Below, one piece after another: positions 27,218 to 37,050 of a stretch of 64,000 bases of DNA. The stretch's first letter is position 1. Each line of letters opens with the position of its first letter. The translations under genes were made by a program, and so were the position numbers. A model generated the notes under the pieces. The model saw only the letters and a list, made by a program, of their open reading frames with translations, was not told where the DNA came from and ran no database searches. This DNA is from an uncultured Planctomycetia bacterium. Its GTDB lineage: Bacteria; Omnitrophota; Gorgyraeia; CAYWPX01. The stretch covers positions 96,843 to 160,842 of the forward strand of contig CAYWPX010000005.1 in assembly GCA_964460615.1 (NCBI GenBank), read 5' to 3'.

Positions 27218-27385
27218 TTAAGTTTTTGAAGAAAATTCGGCGGCATCAGGAAGCATTATCGGTATATCATCTTTTATGGGATATTTTCTCCCGCAAGATT
27301 TACATATTATCTTATTATCTTTTTCAAAAACATCCCCTTTGCAGACAGGGCACGCCATAATATCAAGCAGTCTCTTTTCAATCAT
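27218..27385 (-). CDS. Trm112/YcaR-family small zinc-ribbon protein (missed by the ORF track; 55 aa).
   Basis: Hand translation gives MIEKRLLDIMACPVCKGDVFEKDNKIICKSCGRKYPIKDDIPIMLPDAAEFSSKT*, with the CPxC..CxxC pattern and the 'IPIML' motif of Trm112-like proteins. Confidence 0.6.
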   Translation of the reverse strand: MIEKRLLDIMACPVCKGDVFEKDNKIICKSCGRKYPIKDDIPIMLPDAAEFSSKT

Positions 27386-27387
27386 TA

Positions 27388-28359
27388 TTAAACCTCCTCA
27401 TCAAGTTTTACCCTAAAATCACCTTTGACGGCATATATAATCCCGCCCAATACACTGATCAAAATCACTACCCCTAACCACATAAGCCCTAAAGCAAAAG
27501 CCTTGTCCTTACTGATCAAAATCCCAAAAAATACTACAAAAGCGCTCTCCCTAAAACCAAGCCCTCCGATGGAAGGAAGCATTGACATAAAACTGACCAA
27601 GGGCATTGCAAAAAATACAAGCTTAAGTGGAATATCCATATAAAGCGCCTTAGCCAAAATATATATCATATAAAAAGAGCTTAACTGTATAAACAAACTT
27701 AATAAAAGAGATTTTATTATGACATACGGATGGTTCTTATATATATTCAGAGCATTGTACACAGTCTCAACTGCCGAATCAAGCTTTAAAAATCTTAGTA
27801 TCGACCTTAAAAAACTGAATTTTTTAGCGAGATTCCTGTTGAGCAGAAAAATTGCAACAATTATCGACAAAGCAAGTAATAGGAACGTTACAAACCTTAC
27901 CTTTGGATATATCTCCGGAGAACAGATATCGTTACCAAAAAATAATATAGCAAAACATGCAATAAAAACTATGGTTATTAGCCCTAAGAATCTATCCACA
28001 AATACTGCGGTGTAAGAACCCAGCTTATTATTGGTCCTCTGGGAACAGAAATGAGCTTTTACCACATCTCCCCCTATAGCCGTAGGAAGGAAAAAACTGA
28101 AGAAATTGCCTACCAGATTTAAGCTTGCCGCTTCAACTAGACTGATCCTGGCATTCTGGACCTTTACCACCCATTTTAGCCTAAAAGACGCTATAACTAT
28201 AACCCCTACATAAAGAATGAAGGCCAGTAAAAATATATATATATTTGCATTCAAGAGCGTCTCTTTTATCTTACCGAGATCATTTCTCATTAAATATATT
28301 AAAAGGCCTATCAACCCAAAGCTCAAAAAGACTCTTAAAAGCGTCTTAAATGGTTTCAT
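27388..28359 (-). CDS. Flippase-like integral membrane protein (lysylphosphatidylglycerol-synthase TM-region / UPF0104 family).
   Basis: 323 aa with about 8 TM helices. 'VGNFFSFFLPTAIGGDVVKA' is the family motif. Confidence 0.55.
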   Translation of the reverse strand: MKPFKTLLRVFLSFGLIGLLIYLMRNDLGKIKETLLNANIYIFLLAFILYVGVIVIASFRLKWVVKVQNARISLVEAASLNLVGNFFSFFLPTAIGGDVVKAHFCSQRTNNKLGSYTAVFVDRFLGLITIVFIACFAILFFGNDICSPEIYPKVRFVTFLLLALSIIVAIFLLNRNLAKKFSFLRSILRFLKLDSAVETVYNALNIYKNHPYVIIKSLLLSLFIQLSSFYMIYILAKALYMDIPLKLVFFAMPLVSFMSMLPSIGGLGFRESAFVVFFGILISKDKAFALGLMWLGVVILISVLGGIIYAVKGDFRVKLDEEV

Positions 28360-28451
28360 AGTGACAAAATTATATCATATATATGCTGATTAGTAAAGTA
28401 ATTTGGAGCTTTAGGGGCTGGATTAAAACCAAAAATTAGGGCTCAAGTCTA

Positions 28452-29501
28452 TTATTTAAGAAGTTTCTCTTCCGAACCTTCTTCGACTAAATGCGCTGCT
28501 TGGCCTTGCGGAGCTTCTATAGCTATTAGCTTATCGAGAATTTTTTCAAAATGTTTTTCAGCATTATCAAAAGATGTTTTTGAATCTTTAAGGTGTTTGC
28601 CTATTTTAAGGAAGTCCTCATTAAATCTTCTCAGATCATTCTTTAACCTTAAAATGGAGTTTATGATCGCCTCCGCAGATTTTTCAACCTGCATGCCTTT
28701 TAGCCCTAATATTATAACCTGAAGGTATGCATATAAACTATTTGGGGAGACCGGTATAACCTTCTTCTCCAAAGAATATTGAAATAACGCCAAACCCTCA
28801 TCGTCTTTATCGTTTATTATAGATTCATAATAGACATTTTCCGCCGGGATATACATAAGCGCAAAATCATAAGTCTCTTCATCGGTAAGAATATACTTTT
28901 CGGATATGGACTTTATATGTCCTTTCACATCGCTAACAAACGATCTTTTTAAGGATTTTTTTTGATTCTCATCTTTTGCGTCCACAAATTTCCTAAAATT
29001 CTCTAATGGGAATTTTGAATCTATAGGAACCAGCTTTCCGCCAACTTTTATTACGGCGTCCACCTTGTCTTTGGTCTTAAACTCATGCTGAAGAAGGAAA
29101 AAATCTTTCGGCATTATCTGCGAAAGAATGTCCCCTAAAAAATATTCTCCAAGACCGCCTCTTATTTTCGGAGACCGCAGAAGCTCCTGCAGGCTTGATA
29201 TATCTTTACCGACCTCATGAATATTTTTCGCAGACTCCTCAAGCCTGCCTAATTTTTCTCTTACATCTGCTACGACACGGGCAGCATTGTCAAGACGGTT
29301 TGAAACCTCAGAATGAGAACTCTGCATAAGCTTTGAATTATTCATCAGATTATCATGAAGATGCGATTTTAGGCTCATAAGCTCATTTTGAGTAGAAACC
29401 CTGAAATCATTCATAGATTTGGTCAAATTCATTCCAAATGAGAATATTAAAATGAGCAATACGGCTACTACAATAAATATCAGCATAAAAATTAAAGTCA
29501 T
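28452..29501 (-). CDS. rmuC: DNA recombination protein RmuC.
   Basis: N-terminal TM helix, coiled-coil, and RmuC nuclease-like C-terminus with 'DFALMYIPAENVYYE'. 349 aa. Confidence 0.8.
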   Translation of the reverse strand: MTLIFMLIFIVVAVLLILIFSFGMNLTKSMNDFRVSTQNELMSLKSHLHDNLMNNSKLMQSSHSEVSNRLDNAARVVADVREKLGRLEESAKNIHEVGKDISSLQELLRSPKIRGGLGEYFLGDILSQIMPKDFFLLQHEFKTKDKVDAVIKVGGKLVPIDSKFPLENFRKFVDAKDENQKKSLKRSFVSDVKGHIKSISEKYILTDEETYDFALMYIPAENVYYESIINDKDDEGLALFQYSLEKKVIPVSPNSLYAYLQVIILGLKGMQVEKSAEAIINSILRLKNDLRRFNEDFLKIGKHLKDSKTSFDNAEKHFEKILDKLIAIEAPQGQAAHLVEEGSEEKLLK

Positions 29502-29517
29502 TTTATTGCCTTCGGAT

Positions 29518-29898
29518 TTATGAAGCGATCTTATTCATTTTTGCTATATACCTAGTCCTGAGGTCATACAGTATCTCTTCTAACATCTTATCTTCTTCTT
29601 TTGTTACGTTGCCTTTCGTCTTCTCCCAGATCATCTGAATGGTATCGATCAGGTATCTGGCATGCGGGAGATCTTCTTCTTTGGTTTTTGTAGCAGGATT
29701 ATCGACCTCACCCAAAAAAATCATAGCCTGGAGCATAAGACTGGACACAAAAAGCCCAAAATCAGCTTTCGGCGGGGCCATGTAGGTGTGATCACCTTCC
29801 TCTTTAACTTTTTCGATCTCTGCTTCCTTGTCAATGGAATTCTTCCAGTCTTCATCAACTTTTTTCTTCAATACATCTTTTTCTTTATTTTCGCTCAT
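29518..29898 (-). CDS. DUF1844-like small acidic protein.
   Basis: 126 aa. The hydrophobic core 'FGLFVSSLMLQAMIFLGE' is flanked by E/K-rich regions. Confidence 0.45.
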   Translation of the reverse strand: MSENKEKDVLKKKVDEDWKNSIDKEAEIEKVKEEGDHTYMAPPKADFGLFVSSLMLQAMIFLGEVDNPATKTKEEDLPHARYLIDTIQMIWEKTKGNVTKEEDKMLEEILYDLRTRYIAKMNKIAS

Positions 29899-29899
29899 A

Positions 29900-30703
29900 T
29901 TATATACCTAACCTCTTCTTTATTGTTTTTATCATATTAAGCGCCGCCTCCTCGCCTTTTGGTATTGAGATATGCGCTTTGTCAAAAGCTACCTGATCGA
30001 TATTATCCAGCTCCACCTTTATCACCACGTCAGCATCCAGAGATTGATACCGGTTCAACTCTTCTCCCATTATCTGGATCCCCTGAACAAAATATTCAAA
30101 AATATTATTAAGCTTTCCCTGCCTTACATGAAATCCAACATCGCAGGTTATTATAAAATCAGCTCCGAGAGACCTTGCGATAAGCGTGGGAACGGAGTTT
30201 TTGACTCCGCCGTCAACCAACATCATACCATCCACATTTACCGGAGGAAATATGCCGGGCCATGAACAACTAGCCTGTAACAATAAGGGGAGATCCCCTT
30301 TTGTAAAAACTATCTCTTTGCCGGTTTCAATATTTGTTGTTACGACTACAAAAGGGATCTTTGCATCCTCATAGTTTTTCCCCTCAAGGATCCTATTTAC
30401 AATCTTTGCTAGATTGGTCCCCTCTGAAAGGCTCAATCTCGGCAAAGTCGGAGCATAAATATCTTTCCATGAATAACCGCGTGCATATTCTTCTATATGC
30501 GCTATAGGAACCCCAACAGCATATGCTCCGCCTACCAAACTACCGATACTTGTCCCTACGATAATATCGATCGGGATAGACTCCCTTTCGAGGACCTTTA
30601 AGATCCCTATGTGCGCCAGACCCCTTGCCGACCCGCCCCCAAGGACCAATGCGATCTTATCAGGCCTTTTTCTGAATGGATTTTTAAAAAAAAGTTTTTC
30701 CAT
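29900..30703 (-). CDS. Patatin-like phospholipase.
   Basis: 'LVLGGGSARGLAHIGILKVLE' is the oxyanion GGxR/K motif. 'GTSIGSLVGGAY' is the GxSxG nucleophile and 'DGGV' the Asp motif. Confidence 0.8.
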   Translation of the reverse strand: MEKLFFKNPFRKRPDKIALVLGGGSARGLAHIGILKVLERESIPIDIIVGTSIGSLVGGAYAVGVPIAHIEEYARGYSWKDIYAPTLPRLSLSEGTNLAKIVNRILEGKNYEDAKIPFVVVTTNIETGKEIVFTKGDLPLLLQASCSWPGIFPPVNVDGMMLVDGGVKNSVPTLIARSLGADFIITCDVGFHVRQGKLNNIFEYFVQGIQIMGEELNRYQSLDADVVIKVELDNIDQVAFDKAHISIPKGEEAALNMIKTIKKRLGI

Positions 30704-30732
30704 AAAACCTCTCTTTTAAAATAAGCCGAATA

Positions 30733-31575
30733 TTATTTTATGACCACCCCGGCATATCCGACAACGCTTGAATAATCGCCCGATGCCTCGCCACTCGTTT
30801 CGTATTTTATTAACTTGGAAGATCTGGCCCCTAACAATTTTACAGCACGCAACATCGAAACTGTCGGTGCAATACCGCACATGGATATATCAAATTGCTT
30901 GATCGTATCATAGAGGCCTTTTTCATCGAGCTTAAGGATATTGTCTATGGCTAATTTATCTTTTTTATTGGCTGATTCCTCTGATTCATAATGAGTCATA
31001 TCACTTGAGGCAATTATTAGGCAATTTCTGTTTTTCTTTTTGAGCACTTCTCCTATTGAATCACCGATAGACTCCAGCGTATTAAAATCCGTAAAAGATA
31101 TTACTATCGGAACTATCTTAAAATTTTTTTTAAAATACTGCAAAAAAGGCACCTGGACCTCTAATGAATGCTCATAAGAACCGGCCTCAATATCATCTTT
31201 AAGATATTTTGAATTTTTTTGTATATCCAGAGCTAACTCTGCATCGATATTCACTTTACCCATAGGCATATTCCAGCTTCCTTTCGTCTCTATACTAAAA
31301 GGCATTCCGGAGCCGGTATGGTTAGGACCGAGCATGATCACCGTGTCTGTAATATTTATCAAAGAATATACGCTTGCTGCAACCCTGCCTGAATATATAT
31401 ACCCGGCATGAGGCGCTACTATTCCAAGAACATCTTCTTTTTCTTCTGGAATTTTTCCGGCAAGCTTAGAAATCATACTGTCTAATGAATCTTTTGAAGA
31501 AGGGTAAAACTGTCCGCTTACGGCTGGTTCTCTCAATCTTTCCATTTTAGCATCCCCCTGAGGCTTCTGAAACAA
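30733..31575 (-). CDS. Memo-like protein (AmmeMemoRadiSam system protein B family).
   Basis: 'REPAVSGQFYP', 'GIVAPHAGYIYSGRVAA', 'GPNHTG' and 'SSDMTHY' are present. 280 aa. Confidence 0.75.
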   Translation of the reverse strand: MFQKPQGDAKMERLREPAVSGQFYPSSKDSLDSMISKLAGKIPEEKEDVLGIVAPHAGYIYSGRVAASVYSLINITDTVIMLGPNHTGSGMPFSIETKGSWNMPMGKVNIDAELALDIQKNSKYLKDDIEAGSYEHSLEVQVPFLQYFKKNFKIVPIVISFTDFNTLESIGDSIGEVLKKKNRNCLIIASSDMTHYESEESANKKDKLAIDNILKLDEKGLYDTIKQFDISMCGIAPTVSMLRAVKLLGARSSKLIKYETSGEASGDYSSVVGYAGVVIK

Positions 31576-31588
31576 AACTAGCTAAAAA

Positions 31589-32506
31589 TCAACCGAACAA
31601 TTCTTCGAGGTATTTCTTCGCCTTGACAAGATCTCTTTCATCGCATTTCTTGTTCACCTCAACTACTAAAAGTGTATCACTTTTAATATATTTAAGCAAC
31701 CCAGAAAAATCCACGCTTCCATCACCCGGAGCCCTGTGATCATCAATAAAGTCAACGTCGTGAATATGCATCCCGATCAGCCTATCGTTAAATCGCTCAA
31801 GATACTCCCAAGGCTTTACTAAACCAATGTTTTCAAAAACTTTGGCATGCCCCACATCATACCAGAAATAGATATTGTCACTTTGTTTAAACCTGTTAAA
31901 AATAACCTCCATCTCTTTAATCGACGGGATCTCAAAATGATAAACTCTATTTTCTAACCCGATCTTAATATTTTTCTTTAAGGCATACAGCGATATCTCT
32001 TCAAGACTTTTTATGGCCTCCGACAAAAATAGCTTTGATTTTTCCGCACGCTCTTTTTCCATGAAAAATTTCATCTTTTGATAATTTTTTTCATCTCCAG
32101 CCAAAAAAGCTAAGTCTCTTGTATAGTCAACCATCTCCACCCTGCCCAAGTGCAGCACCACAACCCTCGCCCCAAGGCTACAAGCTGTATCAATGGTAGC
32201 TTTCACCAGACTAACGCCCTTCTCTCTAATAGCATCGTCTAATGAAGCTATATTATAATGGTCTGGATAGATCCTTTGGCCTTCGAGATCTTTGGGCAGG
32301 GGGGTAAAATTATGGACACTTGTAACCACAATCTCTTTATTATCAACAGCTTCTTTTATTTCATCGACTAATTTTTTCGGAAGACTGAAACTCAATTCTA
32401 TCTTATCAAAACCGAGCTTTTTAATTTCAGTTATAAGGGATTTTGCGCTATTGTGCCTGAAAGCATTCCATGAAGTGGAAAAACTAAAAATCGAAGAACT
32501 AGTCAT
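31589..32506 (-). CDS. Sugar phosphate isomerase/epimerase (xylose-isomerase-like TIM barrel).
   Basis: 305 aa. 'IELSF', 'VVVLHLG', 'IGLEN' and 'GMHIHDVD' are typical AP-endonuclease-2/TIM motifs. Confidence 0.6.
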   Translation of the reverse strand: MTSSSIFSFSTSWNAFRHNSAKSLITEIKKLGFDKIELSFSLPKKLVDEIKEAVDNKEIVVTSVHNFTPLPKDLEGQRIYPDHYNIASLDDAIREKGVSLVKATIDTACSLGARVVVLHLGRVEMVDYTRDLAFLAGDEKNYQKMKFFMEKERAEKSKLFLSEAIKSLEEISLYALKKNIKIGLENRVYHFEIPSIKEMEVIFNRFKQSDNIYFWYDVGHAKVFENIGLVKPWEYLERFNDRLIGMHIHDVDFIDDHRAPGDGSVDFSGLLKYIKSDTLLVVEVNKKCDERDLVKAKKYLEELFG

Positions 32507-35114
32507 TGCCCTCTACCGTAACTATATTTAGCCGAGTATTTAGGAAATATTTCTCAGCAACTTTTTTTATATCATCAAGGCTGACTTTATCGATATTGGA
32601 TGCATACGAGTTATAATTATCAAACCCTAAACCAAATATCTCATCACTGGCAGATTTAAAAGTAAAATCAAACAACATATCCCTGAACCTGAGATCCGCT
32701 CCGATAAGGCTTGCCTTGGAGTCTTTAAGCTCTTCCGGAGTAACCTCACCTTTTTTTACAGCATCGATTTCACTAAGAATAATTTTTTCGGCTTTTGCAA
32801 CATTGGCTTTGGTTGTCGCCACATAAAAAATAAAATATCCGGGATCGACACCCACCACTGAATTTCCTCCGACCACATAAGAAAGGCCCACTTCACTTCT
32901 TATTTTTCTAAAGAGCCTTCCATCCAGCCCCGACATAATTGCACTTAAAACATCCAGAGCATATTTATCCTTATCCATAATGGTAGTTGTTTTTAGACCA
33001 ACGAATATGACGGATTCTTTTTTATCCAGCTTTACCGAATCCTTCCTAAGCTCTTTTTGTTCAGGTTCCTGCTTAACGCTAATTACCGGAATGTTTGGGC
33101 CGGTAAAATTCTTAAGCCTATTATCTATATCCGCTTTCATGGTCTCCGGGTTTAAATCCCCAAAGATAGCCAAAACCATATTACCTGGCTTAACGAATGT
33201 ATGATAAAAATTCAGACAATCATCCCTCGTCATCTTATTAAGCGTATCGATCTCGCCGGATGGCGAAAGACCATAAGGGTGAACTTTAAAAATAGTTTTT
33301 TTCAGGTTTCTTATGCCAAAATCAAAAACATCCTTCTCTTCCATCTTGACATTAGCTATAGCTTTTTCTTTCTCTTTATTGAATTCACCTTCAGGAAAAG
33401 TTGAATTCATTACAATATCGGAGAAAAGGCCCAGCGCTATATCTTTGTCGGACTTAAGGAACTTCATCCTTATACCAAACCCATTCACCCCGCTGAATGA
33501 AGTGGATTGAATACCGTTATTCTCTAAAATTTCTGCGATCATTTTCCGGCTCTTTGTTTTTGTGCCGCAAAATAGCATTCCGGAAGTCAGTTCGGATAAA
33601 CCGTTTTTAGCAGGATCCTCTACCCTGACACCCCCCTTAAAAATTGCTGTCATAGAGATAATAGGAAAGGTCGTGTCGCTTTTCAGTAAAAGAGTAATTC
33701 CATCGGAAAGAACAGTTTTTTCTATCGGACCATACTCTTTGGATTTTTTTTCGGGAACTTCGGATTCTTTTAGGTTTTTTGGCAGAAGTCCTACCAACAC
33801 ATAATTATCAGTTCTTAAATACTTCGCGGCAACATCTTTTATGTCATTACTAGTAAGCTTATCGACAGTTTCAATGTAATATCTTGAAAAATCCGCGTTT
33901 CCGGTAAGCGCAAAATTTGAGACCATATCAACGGCTTGCCCCGGAGAACTCTCTTTTGAATAAATATAACCTGATAAAACCGATTTTTTGGCTTTTTTTA
34001 ATTCATCTGAGCTGACGGGTTTAAGCCTTATATTTTCTATTTCAGAAAATATCTCTTTTGCCGCAGCAACGTATTTATCGGGCTCCCCGATAAACATTAT
34101 TTCAAAGGTCCCCCTATCAAACGGGGTATAATTCCAGGCGCCTATCTGATAAGCCAATCGTTTTTCGTCAACAAGCCGTTTATTAAGCCTTGAGCTTGCC
34201 CCCTGACCTAAAATCATGGCCAAAACATCCAACGCAATTGAATCTTTGTGATTAATGTCTACCCCTTCAAACCCGATATTTACATGCGCTAAAGGCGTTT
34301 CGTAGTACTCGATGCTTTCTCTTATACCGTTAATCGGCGGATCTTCATATTTGACAGCGCTTTCTGATGGCTTCCCCTCCGCCTCTCCAAAGATCTCTTC
34401 AATAAAACCTTTTACGGAACCGGAGTTGGCCCTACCGGCCACCCCAATAACCATGTTGGAGGCGGTGTATTTTCTTTTATAATAAGTCAATAGGTCATCT
34501 CTTGTAATATTCTTAAAAATATCCTCGTAGCCTATAACGGGGTACTTATAAGGATGGTTCACATAGGCATTTTCATAATAGATACGGCTCAAATACGAAT
34601 TCGGATCATCGTCGCGCATACGGATCTCTTTCAAGATCACATTTTTTTCCTTATCAAATTCGGATTGGTCTACAGAAGAATTGAATAACATATCACCTAA
34701 AATAGCTAAGGCATTTTTTGTATATTCGGATGGAAGTGTTATCTCGTAAATAGTCAGATCATGCGAAGTGGAAGCGTTTATATACCCTCCGAGCGATTTA
34801 ACCTCTTTTTCTATCGAGCCCACGGGCCTTGTAGGAGTACCTTTAAACATCATATGTTCGGTAAAATGGCTTATGCCTGAACCTGAAAAATTACCTTCTC
34901 TTGCTGAACCGGTCTTCACTAGCACCCTTATAGACACTAGCTGGGTATCCTTGGGGATATCCTTGATAATATATGCTATGCCATTCGGAAGGATGCCTTT
35001 AGTAAAATCGCTTTTAGGCATGTCAAAAGAAAATCCCCCTTCAGTTACGAAGAGGGATAAAAAGACTCCTAAAATAAAAATTAAAAATATTTTTCTAAAA
35101 TTAAATAGAGCCAT
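32499..35114 (-). CDS. Secreted two-module M16-family (pitrilysin/insulinase-like) zinc peptidase.
   Basis: 871 aa with a signal peptide and 'GISHFTEHMMFKGT' (inverted zincin HxxEH) in the N-terminal module. The second M16 module is inactive-like. Confidence 0.8.
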   Translation of the reverse strand: MALFNFRKIFLIFILGVFLSLFVTEGGFSFDMPKSDFTKGILPNGIAYIIKDIPKDTQLVSIRVLVKTGSAREGNFSGSGISHFTEHMMFKGTPTRPVGSIEKEVKSLGGYINASTSHDLTIYEITLPSEYTKNALAILGDMLFNSSVDQSEFDKEKNVILKEIRMRDDDPNSYLSRIYYENAYVNHPYKYPVIGYEDIFKNITRDDLLTYYKRKYTASNMVIGVAGRANSGSVKGFIEEIFGEAEGKPSESAVKYEDPPINGIRESIEYYETPLAHVNIGFEGVDINHKDSIALDVLAMILGQGASSRLNKRLVDEKRLAYQIGAWNYTPFDRGTFEIMFIGEPDKYVAAAKEIFSEIENIRLKPVSSDELKKAKKSVLSGYIYSKESSPGQAVDMVSNFALTGNADFSRYYIETVDKLTSNDIKDVAAKYLRTDNYVLVGLLPKNLKESEVPEKKSKEYGPIEKTVLSDGITLLLKSDTTFPIISMTAIFKGGVRVEDPAKNGLSELTSGMLFCGTKTKSRKMIAEILENNGIQSTSFSGVNGFGIRMKFLKSDKDIALGLFSDIVMNSTFPEGEFNKEKEKAIANVKMEEKDVFDFGIRNLKKTIFKVHPYGLSPSGEIDTLNKMTRDDCLNFYHTFVKPGNMVLAIFGDLNPETMKADIDNRLKNFTGPNIPVISVKQEPEQKELRKDSVKLDKKESVIFVGLKTTTIMDKDKYALDVLSAIMSGLDGRLFRKIRSEVGLSYVVGGNSVVGVDPGYFIFYVATTKANVAKAEKIILSEIDAVKKGEVTPEELKDSKASLIGADLRFRDMLFDFTFKSASDEIFGLGFDNYNSYASNIDKVSLDDIKKVAEKYFLNTRLNIVTVEGND

Positions 35115-35180
35115 TTTCTTTAATCCATATGAGTCTTTAAGTTGCGAATGGCATGAAATTGAGGTAATTAAGCGGAAGAA

Positions 35181-35357
35181 TCAATAAACTTTACGCGATC
35201 TTGAGCTACGAGCTTTTCTGCGTTTTCTCTCGCTGGGCTTCTCATAGTGCTTCCTTGCCTTCAGGACTTTAAGTACGCCTTCGATCTCAATCTTTTTCTT
35301 GAAGCGTCGAAGCGCCTTTTCCAAAGGCTCATTTGGCCCGACTTCTACTCTTGACAT
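35181..35357 (-). CDS. rpsU: 30S ribosomal protein S21 (missed by the ORF track; 58 aa).
   Basis: Hand translation gives [58 protein letters not shown], with the typical bS21 'LRRFK' and 'YEKPS..R' motifs. Confidence 0.75.
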   Translation of the reverse strand: MSRVEVGPNEPLEKALRRFKKKIEIEGVLKVLKARKHYEKPSERKRRKARSSRSRKVY

Positions 35358-35499
35358 TTATATCATCCCTTCCTTTTTTGAGGCATTATAGCAGACTAAA
35401 GGGTTCAATGTCAAATGATTTTATTAGAGCCGCTAAATTAGCACTCTGGTCCTAATAATAGCCTATACCCAAACGTAAACTGATAACCTCTTTTCATCC

Positions 35500-35982
35500 T
35501 TATTCATTTTTTATATTTTTCATATTGCCCTTACGTCCTTCGGTTAGCGAAATAAATTTACTAAATTGCTCCTGATTCAAAATTTTCCTTACTTCCAGTA
35601 TTGAACTCAGGCGGGCATCTACAAGTTCTGCCTGGGCAGATTTGAGCCTCGACTGGATTGAATCTATTTTCGCCATATCGAGCTCGCTCTTTATTATTTC
35701 TTTCCTGAACTCTTCTTTACAAACTTTGATATTTTCAAAAATAGCGGACATCTTATCTTTATTTTGTGTCTTATTGGCCTCAAGAGCCTTCTTCTGTTCT
35801 TCCGACAAATTCAGCTCTTTATACATATCATTTATCTTTTGGTCCATTCTCCCATGCCATTTACCTTTATTGTCATGGCCTGCCTTCATATTATCATTTA
35901 CATCTTCCGCATAAACCGAATTTGCAGCTAAGATCCCCAGCACAAAAAGAAATACTAACAGGTATTTTTTAAAATGACTCAT
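35500..35982 (-). CDS. Periplasmic Spy/CpxP/ZraP-like stress protein (LTxxQ-motif family).
   Basis: Signal peptide present. LTxxQ-like segments 'LNLSEEQKKAL' and 'ILNQEQFSKF' are present. It lies downstream of the ECF sigma/anti-sigma pair. Confidence 0.55.
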   Translation of the reverse strand: MSHFKKYLLVFLFVLGILAANSVYAEDVNDNMKAGHDNKGKWHGRMDQKINDMYKELNLSEEQKKALEANKTQNKDKMSAIFENIKVCKEEFRKEIIKSELDMAKIDSIQSRLKSAQAELVDARLSSILEVRKILNQEQFSKFISLTEGRKGNMKNIKNE

Positions 35983-35997
35983 AACTCCCTCCTTCTT

Positions 35998-36477
35998 TTA
36001 TAAAAAATATTCTTCTATGGCCGTACCTAAACCGATATTTTCAGCAGTACTATACCCATTATTAACACTTAACAAATTACTCAAATACTCGAACTGCTCA
36101 TTTTCATTGGCCAGTTTGGTAACCCGTCCCAATACGATCGAAACTACTATCAAAATTACTACCGATACACCTCCAAAAACCGGAACTAATCTTGGAAATC
36201 TCAATAGTTTAATATATTCCGTTATTCTAAAAATAACATTATTTTTAGAGCGATTTTCATTTTCTATAGCGCTTCTTATGGAAAGCCACAGATCCTCAGG
36301 TACGTCTTTTGGCTTAACATGAATCTTAGACATACTCTCTCTCGCCGATTGCGCGAATTTGCGGCAAGATTCGCAATCAAGAAGATGATCTTCGATGATT
36401 TTTAATTCATTGCCTTCGAGTTCTCCGTCTATGTAATCAGTGATTATTATATCTTGAATCTTTTTGCATTTATTCAT
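35998..36477 (-). CDS. Anti-sigma factor (N-terminal zf-HC2 zinc-finger domain, single TM helix).
   Basis: 'HLLDCESCRKF' (HxxxCxxC) is present, with a TM helix 'VPVFGGVSVVILIVVSIVLG'. It overlaps the sigma gene stop by 4 nt. Confidence 0.65.
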   Translation of the reverse strand: MNKCKKIQDIIITDYIDGELEGNELKIIEDHLLDCESCRKFAQSARESMSKIHVKPKDVPEDLWLSIRSAIENENRSKNNVIFRITEYIKLLRFPRLVPVFGGVSVVILIVVSIVLGRVTKLANENEQFEYLSNLLSVNNGYSTAENIGLGTAIEEYFL

Positions 36478-37025
36478 AACATCATCTCCCGTCCTCGCTC
36501 CAACAGTTTTTCTCTCCCCCTTTTTAGCCTTGAACGAACCGTATTTATATTTATATCCAGCATTTTTGATATCTCTTTATAACTAAAACCTTCGACATTT
36601 CTTAGTACAAGACACTCTCTTTGCTCTGGGTCAATATTCTCCATGAGTTTTTCGATTATTTCATGGTGTTCATCTTTACCGAGTGACACTCTAGGGTCCG
36701 AGGAATCGCGGTTACCGGTATCAAACTTTTCGTATTCCGAATCTTTTATTTTTTCTCTTGTTCTTTTTTTTCCATAATTTATGGAACAATTAACTGCGAT
36801 CCTGTAAACCCAGGTCTTAAGGCTTGACTCTTCTTTAAAATCTTTCAGCCTTCGGTAAACTATCAGAAAGACCTCCTGAGCTATCTCCTGGGCATCTTCT
36901 CTATTATTAACAGTTCGATAAGCAATATTATATACAAAACACGACATCGCTTTATAGATCTCCTCAAACGAATCCAAATCACCTAAAGATGCTTTTTTTA
37001 ATATGTCACTGGATATTGTTATCAT
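36474..37025 (-). CDS. ECF-type RNA polymerase sigma-70 factor (RpoE-like).
   Basis: 'YRTVNNREDAQEIAQEVFLIVYRRLKDFKEESSLKTWVYRIAVN' is region 2. The region-4 HTH is 'FSYKEISKMLDININTVRSRLKRGREKL'. Confidence 0.85.
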   Translation of the reverse strand: MITISSDILKKASLGDLDSFEEIYKAMSCFVYNIAYRTVNNREDAQEIAQEVFLIVYRRLKDFKEESSLKTWVYRIAVNCSINYGKKRTREKIKDSEYEKFDTGNRDSSDPRVSLGKDEHHEIIEKLMENIDPEQRECLVLRNVEGFSYKEISKMLDININTVRSRLKRGREKLLERGREMML

Positions 37026-37050
37026 ATTTTAGATCATTATTTTTTATTAG

